In this document: piece by piece, positions 57,851 through 64,000 of the stretch | Numbering within the stretch: position 1 is the first letter of the stretch | How the letters are laid out: every line of letters starts with the position of its first letter | DNA from: Piedraia hortae CBS 480.64 | Taxonomy: Eukaryota | Reading direction: 5' to 3' | Length of the DNA: 64,000 bases | Assembly: GCA_010093745.1 (NCBI GenBank) | Contig: MU005958.1 | Span: forward strand, 248,001 to 312,000 | Notes under the pieces: generated by a model | What the model saw: the letters and a program-made list of their open reading frames with translations, nothing else | What the model was told of the DNA's origin: nothing | Database searches by the model: none | Program-made: the position numbers and the translations under genes

Positions 57851-58963
57851 ATGACAATGAGAACCAGACCCAACCTGTTTAACCGCCTCCCACTGGATCT
57901 CCTACCCGACATACTATGGAATCTTGACGTTCGTTCCGTCCAATCCTTCCGCACTGCCCTTTATGCAGACAAGCAGCCAAATAACGAAGCAGTCTTGAGA
58001 GTATTGGAATCCAGGCTTTCCGTGGCCCGCTATCTTAATCTCACCTTTGGAGATGGCGCCAAGTTGCTTGATGCCATGTCCAAATCCTTTGTCTATCTTT
58101 CGGGTCTTAGAGCCACAAACTTCTTCGTTCAAACTTCATCCACCCAGCATGATCAGGATTCCAGTTGGAACTTTTATTTGCCGCAGCAAACACAGTATGT
58201 TGGAAGATTCATGCAAAGCCTCTCTGAACTAGGGGTAGAATGGACAAAGCCAGAGGAGGAATTCTACAACTTCATCACTGAGAACCGTAGTGGAAGAATG
58301 GTCGTTGATGCCGAGACATACGAGCATTTCATTATGAACGGAGCCTTTATCCACGCGGCTATGAAATACAAACTAAACATAAAACTGCCACGTGTCCACG
58401 AGGAAAAGGAAAAGTATGTCCTTTTGCTTAACCGCCGGACCATCCGCATCGCATCGCATGAAGAATGGTCAGGACAAGAGCTTAATCGTCATGTCTCCAG
58501 CATCATCCACGGTCGGCTCATTCGCAAAGGGAAACCCACGGCCAAGATTTGTCTTTTCGTGGGCAAGACAGCCTCACCAGAGAAATTCAGAGCTCCATTG
58601 GGTTTTACTTCCAGCTACGCCCAGGCTTTCATTAGCCCTTGCGTCGCTTGTCATTTATATGGCGAGCTAGCATCGCGCGGGCAGGGTTTCATCTGGGACC
58701 AGCCGCAGCCGCAGCTGCAGGATCAGGAGCGGGGAAATTTCAGAGCCCTGCCTGTAAGTCGTTCTTCAACCAGGCTCAGACATTGTGGAGATAACGAGGC
58801 AACATGGCTGGAATTCGGGACGAATGCGAACGCTCCGCCCGAGGTGACAGACTTTGTAAATGTTGCGAAGCGACTTGCCTGGTGTGAGTCGAAGGCGAAA
58901 ACCGTTCCATTCGAGATATCACTTATTGGTGCACCAAAGCCCGCGGGCGGGCGGGAGGTTTGA
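57851..58963 (+). CDS. F-box-like protein with a degenerate nucleotidyltransferase-like motif
   Basis: N-terminal LFNRLPLDLLPDILWNLD F-box pattern, then LSGLRATNFF...DSSWNFY. The ORF is intronless and 370 aa. Confidence 0.65.
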   Translation: MTMRTRPNLFNRLPLDLLPDILWNLDVRSVQSFRTALYADKQPNNEAVLRVLESRLSVARYLNLTFGDGAKLLDAMSKSFVYLSGLRATNFFVQTSSTQHDQDSSWNFYLPQQTQYVGRFMQSLSELGVEWTKPEEEFYNFITENRSGRMVVDAETYEHFIMNGAFIHAAMKYKLNIKLPRVHEEKEKYVLLLNRRTIRIASHEEWSGQELNRHVSSIIHGRLIRKGKPTAKICLFVGKTASPEKFRAPLGFTSSYAQAFISPCVACHLYGELASRGQGFIWDQPQPQLQDQERGNFRALPVSRSSTRLRHCGDNEATWLEFGTNANAPPEVTDFVNVAKRLAWCESKAKTVPFEISLIGAPKPAGGREV

Positions 58964-59331
58964 TGGTGTGGTTGATCAGGACACGGTCGATCTTGCCGTC
59001 AGGTATGCAACTGGCCTGGGAAGAGTCGACGCATTGCCCGTTAATAGCGCTTGAGCATATGGGAGCATTGTGTAATTTTATGTAGGTTGTGAATGGATGG
59101 GCAAATTATTTCGACTGACGTTGTAAAAGAGTTTGGCTATTGGCCCTGAAAGGCAGGTGCGCATGGAATTACCAAGAAAATCGTGGGTGCTGTGAAAATC
59201 TTCAGTTTCAGCACACGCTTTAGGCAGTGTATGGCATATGATAAGGCAGTGTGCTGATGTACATGATTAATGGGCAACTCGACTACTGTACATTGAAAAG
59301 CCTGCTCTTCTTCCTCGCGAGAGTAGATGTA

Positions 59332-59785
59332 TCACGCTTCATTCTTCCTCTTCCCGAACGCATACACCCAGCCACAAGCTACAACGTTCATAGCACACAT
59401 CCCCATGGTGGCGCCTCTGACTATGCCTCTTACGTTGAATCGCTGTCGTATTGCTAGTTTCCTTCGAGAGGCCAGCGCCATGTAGGCGGCGCTCCATGCC
59501 GCCGTCACTCCTGCTGCATCTTTCTGGAAGCCTTGCAAGTTTAGATAAGATGATAAGAGGAGGACGGGAGGAAAGAGCATGGGCAGAGTTTGAAACGGCC
59601 GCAGATGTTGTGCTGTTATAAACGTTGCGAGCACGCTGGGGGGTACAGAGCTACCTGGGAATGGTCAATTTTGGAGATTGACGCTGACAACCGAGTTTCG
59701 AACCTCCCCATTTCCACAGGTATTGGGTCAGTCCGCGCTCATCGGCGGTTGTGGCGACGCGGGTGTCCTTTGAAGGCATCGGCAT
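59332..59785 (-). CDS. Aim19-like small membrane protein; intron 59655-59703
   Basis: Spliced 134 aa: ...WKWG|GSSVPPSVLATFITAQHLRPFQTLPMLFPPVLLLSSYLNLQG...AGVTAAWS. Confidence 0.72.
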
Positions 59786-59920
59786 GGTTGGTGGTGGCAG
59801 GTGACATTTTCTATTAGTTGGATTTGATGGATCATTTGATTGAGGTCACGTGGCTGTCCACAACCACCACCCATGTGTGGGCAATGATAAAACCGCAAGG
59901 GTGGAGTGGCGATTCCGTCA

Positions 59921-61017
59921 ATGTCAGAGAAGCGAACTTCGCACCACGACGGCTCCTCGTCCCGCACATATACGGCCGAACAGAAGAGCGCCGTTCTGCG
60001 CGTGCGGAAATGCGAACCGACGGCATTCTACGCCATCCTCGACCTGGAACAAGTGCGAACAACATGCTCAGAGTCTGACATCAAGAAAGCGTACCGCAAG
60101 CTATCGCTACTGACGCACCCAGACAAGAATGGCTACCCTGGCGCGGATGAGGCGTTCAAGATGGTTGGCCGCGCCTTCCAGATCCTGAGCGACGCGGACA
60201 AGAGGGCCAAATACGACCGCTGGGGCGGCGACCCGGAGAGCCGCTTCGGCCGTGGAAGAAGCAGCGGTCAAGATGGGCCGCCGCCTAGCCCGTTTAGCGG
60301 CTTCGCACAGCAACGCGCAGGGGCACGAGGGGCCATGTTTGAGGAGGAAATCAGCCCCGAGGAGCTGTTCCGGCAATTTTTTGGAGGCGGAATGGGCGGC
60401 ATGGGTGGGCCGTTTGGCGGACTAGGTGAGCCTACACGGGCGGCAGGAAGGCTACATGCTAACTGGCAACAGGAGGTGGCCGCGGCTTCGCTTTCAACTC
60501 GTTTGGCGGAGGGCCAGGGATTCGTATACACCAATTTGGCGGCGACACCCCGCGGCGGCGGCCGCATAACCACGCCGATGTCCAACCGCAGTCGTTGTTT
60601 TCTGCCATACAGTCCCTCCTCCCCCTGCTACTCCTTTTCGTCGTGCCGCTGCTCAGCTCGCTGTGGAGTTCCAACGGGGGAACGGGGCCTTCTATGCGAT
60701 TCGACGCCGCCGTCCCACCGCACACGCTGCGTCACACGTCGGGCCGTCTCAACGTACCGTACTGGGTTGACCCCAGTGAGGTCGATGGCTACTCACCGCG
60801 GAAATGGAGGGAACTGGACCAGCTGGCTGAGCGAAAGTACATCTCGCAGCTCTCCAGCACGTGCGAAGAGGAACAGACGGAGCGGCAACGACTATGGAGA
60901 GAGGCCCAGGGTTTCTTGTCGATATTCCCCGACCAGGCCAAGGCAGAGCGGGCGAGACGGATGCCAATGCCGGCATGTGAAAAACTGGGCGAGTTGGGAT
61001 ACCGCGTGACGTACTGA
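59921..61017 (+). CDS. HLJ1: ER DnaJ protein (Hlj1/DNAJB12, DUF1977 C-terminus); intron 60426-60472
   Basis: J domain with HPDKN, EISPEELFRQFFGG, a TM segment LLPLLLLFVVPLL and a C-terminal C..E...MPAC. Confidence 0.9.
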
Positions 61018-61194
61018 ATGTTTTTGCCCTGTATGACGATTCTGTACATGTATGACGTCAGTTTTGAGTATTCACACGTGATGTGATAGCGTGCGTCAAC
61101 GCGCCATATTACCTACGCTTGCAGCCTTCGTTCACGTGGCTCGAGGACGAAGTATCAGTCGGGTCTCAAAACCCTCCAACTTGCAACCGCCAAC

Positions 61195-64000
61195 ATGGGG
61201 GACACTCCGATGTCGGATGCAAATAAAATCCGAGCAAAACGCCTGGCTAAATTAGCAGCCAACAGTGCGAACAATCCCAATTCTGCCCAAAATGATACTT
61301 CCGATCAGACTGGAGACTCATCTTCAAACCCCTTTGCTGATCTGGGACTAACCAAAGCAAATTCCCCTCCCAGAGCAGCTTCTCCTGCCAAACGAGACTC
61401 TTCCGGGGCCGAGTTGCCGCGACCGTCGTCAAAGGAAAAATTACAACAAAAGCCCTCAAAGGACGTTCGAGTTCCCGCTCGCCGTCCATCAGCACCTCGT
61501 CCTAAAAAGGAGGAGACAATGGAGGGCTGGCAAGATAAAAATCTACGTGCCATCTTCAGGGTGACGCTTGACGAGGGGACCAAGACCGATGTGCACGGAG
61601 CTCCGCTTATCTACCTATCTAGCTTACATGCTGAGCTGCGTGAAGCCGGTCATCCGTTGCAACTAAACAGCGAATCTTTGGAAACCATCATCACAGAAGC
61701 CGGGAGCAAGGCGCACAAAGGTAAGGCGTTCGAGTACTTGCTCCAATGCTTCAAGCGGGCAGTGCGTCAGGCTCGAAACGCGCGGTACAACAAAGTAGAC
61801 GAGTCCAGGCTGGCCGTTCTGAAAGAAGCTCAGCGCATGAGCATGAGTTACACCATATTCGCCCTTACCATGCCAGACATGTTTGGAGAAGGGCCCGCTC
61901 AGGGAAATCCATTGGTCGACCACCTCCTCGTTGCAGATTCAGAAGGCGAAGTGGGCATCTGCTCCGACTTCCTTGACGAAGCAGTAGCCCGCATGGAGGA
62001 AGACGACAGCGTCAAGGAATTGCTGGTGGGCGCGGCTGAGGAGCTGAGTGTTAGACTGCGCACTCAGAATATGCTGCGCCAGTATCAGCCACATGTCCAT
62101 GGTCTGCGAAATCTGATCCGCAAGAAGCCAATTGCGGAAGCCATAACGCACTCGCAAATGTGGGCGCCATCCCTTTCAAACCCGGCGCAGATTGAAACAG
62201 AGACACTCTTGGGCCCCTTTTTCCGCCTTTCGCCGTTGGAGCCTTCAGTCGCTCAAACTTTTTTCTCTGCGCCCAAGACGCGAGACCAGAAATTTATCCA
62301 AAATGCCCAGAACAGTATCCGGTTGGAGCTGCGTAACCACCAGCATCAGCTTTTCCAGATCGCAGACACGTTTGTGCGAGCTGGGGCTGGTCCCAAAGAA
62401 AAAATGCTGAGTTGGTTTGCTCTATGTGTCAACAAAAACCACAAAAGGCGAGCCATGCAGGTTGACTACAAGGCCGTTTCCTCGGACGGGTTCATGTTGA
62501 ACGTCACTACCACTCTAGATCGCCTGTGCGAGCCGTTTATGGATGCATCTTTTGCCAAGATTGATCGCATCGATGTTGACTACTTCCGGCGAAACCCACG
62601 TGTTGATATTTCGGATGAAACCAAAATCAACGCTGATCAGAAAACATCAGACGAGTTTTACTCTCAACAGGCGACGGGCAGTCATGGCTTCATTTCCGAG
62701 TGCTTTTTCCTGGCCGTTGCCGCACACCACTATGGCACTGAATCTACCCAGGAGCACATGTCCAAACTGAAGAAAACAGTCAAGCATTATGAGAAAGAAG
62801 TGAGATCAATGGAGAGCGATAAATCGCGACTTCCTCCAAACGATTGGCAAGTGGCTCGGCTGGAAGAGGTCCTGAAGCGGTACAGGACAGCCATCGACGA
62901 CTGCTGGAGCTCCATTTACGCCATGCAGGGGCCGTTGATGGATGATCTAACCCAATCACGCAGCATGCAGTTTATGCGGTACGTGATTGTCTGGCTGCTC
63001 CGTTTGATCTCGCATCAGAACATTCCAAGTGAGCAGATCCAGCTCCCACTACCGTCCGAACAGCCGGATAAGTTTCGCTGCTTGCCAGAGTATTTTCTGG
63101 AAGACATTGTAGAAAACTTCAAGTTCATCACCATGAACATGCCTTGGATCATGACAGTTCCGCAGAGCGAGGAGATTGTCCAGATTTGCGTGGCCCTACT
63201 GCGGAGTAGCGAATACGTCAAGAACATGGGGATCAAGTCCGGCCTCTCCTCCATCTTGTTCTACGGCTGCCAGTCCTTTGGCAATTACCCCAATGGTCTT
63301 TTGGGGGACATTCTGATTGGCTCGGCTTTTGCCCACAAGCATCTTTTGCACGCTTTGATGCGGTTCTACATAGAAGCCGAACACATGGGCACCCATACCC
63401 AATTCTATGATAAGTTCAACATACGCTTTGAGATCTTTCAGGTCATCAAGTGCATCTGGAAAAATGGTTTGTACCGCGAAAACCTGGCCAAAGAGGCCAA
63501 GGTAAACACCGACTTCTTTGTCCAATTCGTCAACATGATAGTAAACGACGTCACGTTTGTGCTCGATGAGAGTCTGACAAGTTTTACAAAAATTCACGAA
63601 CTAACGACTGAGATCAGAGACCCGGCCTTTCAAACTCTGGACGAGGAGCAACGCAAAAGCAAAGAAGAGCTACTCGAAGATCAAAAGAGCAAAGCCAAAA
63701 GCTACATGGGTCTCACACGAGAGTCGATGGAGACGTTGATTCTCTTCACAGAGACCTTGCCTGATGCTTTCACAATGCCTGAAATTGTCCAGCGGTTGGC
63801 AGACATGCTCGACTATAACCTCGACATCATGGTTGGATCTCGACGGACCTCTCTAATTGTCGAGAATCCATCAGAATACAACTGGAACCCAAAGGCCTTG
63901 CTTTCCGACATAATACGTGTCTTCCTCAACCTGTCTTCCAAAGAGCGGTTTATCCAGGCTGTTGCTCGTGATGGACGCAGCTACAAACCCTCGAGCTTCC
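61195..64000 (+). CDS. UFD2: Ubiquitin chain elongation factor E4 Ufd2; runs off the window
   Basis: Manual translation: MGDTPMSDANKIRAKRLAKL, LGPFFRLSPL, SSDGFMLN, DETKINADQ, FISECFFL, LPEYFLED, QFYDKFNIR and RLADMLDYNL. Confidence 0.94.
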   Translation, partial: MGDTPMSDANKIRAKRLAKLAANSANNPNSAQNDTSDQTGDSSSNPFADLGLTKANSPPRAASPAKRDSSGAELPRPSSKEKLQQKPSKDVRVPARRPSAPRPKKEETMEGWQDKNLRAIFRVTLDEGTKTDVHGAPLIYLSSLHAELREAGHPLQLNSESLETIITEAGSKAHKGKAFEYLLQCFKRAVRQARNARYNKVDESRLAVLKEAQRMSMSYTIFALTMPDMFGEGPAQGNPLVDHLLVADSEGEVGICSDFLDEAVARMEEDDSVKELLVGAAEELSVRLRTQNMLRQYQPHVHGLRNLIRKKPIAEAITHSQMWAPSLSNPAQIETETLLGPFFRLSPLEPSVAQTFFSAPKTRDQKFIQNAQNSIRLELRNHQHQLFQIADTFVRAGAGPKEKMLSWFALCVNKNHKRRAMQVDYKAVSSDGFMLNVTTTLDRLCEPFMDASFAKIDRIDVDYFRRNPRVDISDETKINADQKTSDEFYSQQATGSHGFISECFFLAVAAHHYGTESTQEHMSKLKKTVKHYEKEVRSMESDKSRLPPNDWQVARLEEVLKRYRTAIDDCWSSIYAMQGPLMDDLTQSRSMQFMRYVIVWLLRLISHQNIPSEQIQLPLPSEQPDKFRCLPEYFLEDIVENFKFITMNMPWIMTVPQSEEIVQICVALLRSSEYVKNMGIKSGLSSILFYGCQSFGNYPNGLLGDILIGSAFAHKHLLHALMRFYIEAEHMGTHTQFYDKFNIRFEIFQVIKCIWKNGLYRENLAKEAKVNTDFFVQFVNMIVNDVTFVLDESLTSFTKIHELTTEIRDPAFQTLDEEQRKSKEELLEDQKSKAKSYMGLTRESMETLILFTETLPDAFTMPEIVQRLADMLDYNLDIMVGSRRTSLIVENPSEYNWNPKALLSDIIRVFLNLSSKERFIQAVARDGRSYKPSSF

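Overview
Gene-dense window from a compact filamentous-ascomycete (Pezizomycotina-type) nuclear genome with short (47-61 bp) GT-AG introns and very short spacers. About 27 conserved housekeeping genes are recognisable: ima1, GPI10, GCD7, NEM1, ALG14, CRZ1, CIA1, SOK1, PCT1, PTC2/3, GUK1, a short RecQ, a PPR protein, RSM25, RUD3, LST8, ELP1, COX8, GDH1, SEN34, MCT1, ALG11, COX18, GUT2, an AIM19-like gene, HLJ1 and UFD2. Non-routine content: (1) a candidate, unusually small telomerase RNA between SEN34 and MCT1, with a template, an enclosing helix, pseudoknot-like pairing and a CR4/5-like junction. It was folded by eye and is unconfirmed. (2) A tandem triplication at about 19.1-22.3 kb in which GUK1, RecQ and a small secreted Cys-rich protein each survive in only one copy. 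(3) A TA-flanked long-TIR MITE upstream of PCT1. (4) A 5'-truncated RNase H-bearing LINE with its TSD and tail. (5) An accessory island (about 37-45.6 kb) with a decayed hAT transposase and an intronless Cys-nucleophile alpha/beta hydrolase broken by a single TAG. (6) A second accessory patch (54.5-59 kb) with a 4-repeat secreted protein and an F-box/NTase-like protein. Gene names come from motif recognition only, not from database searches.
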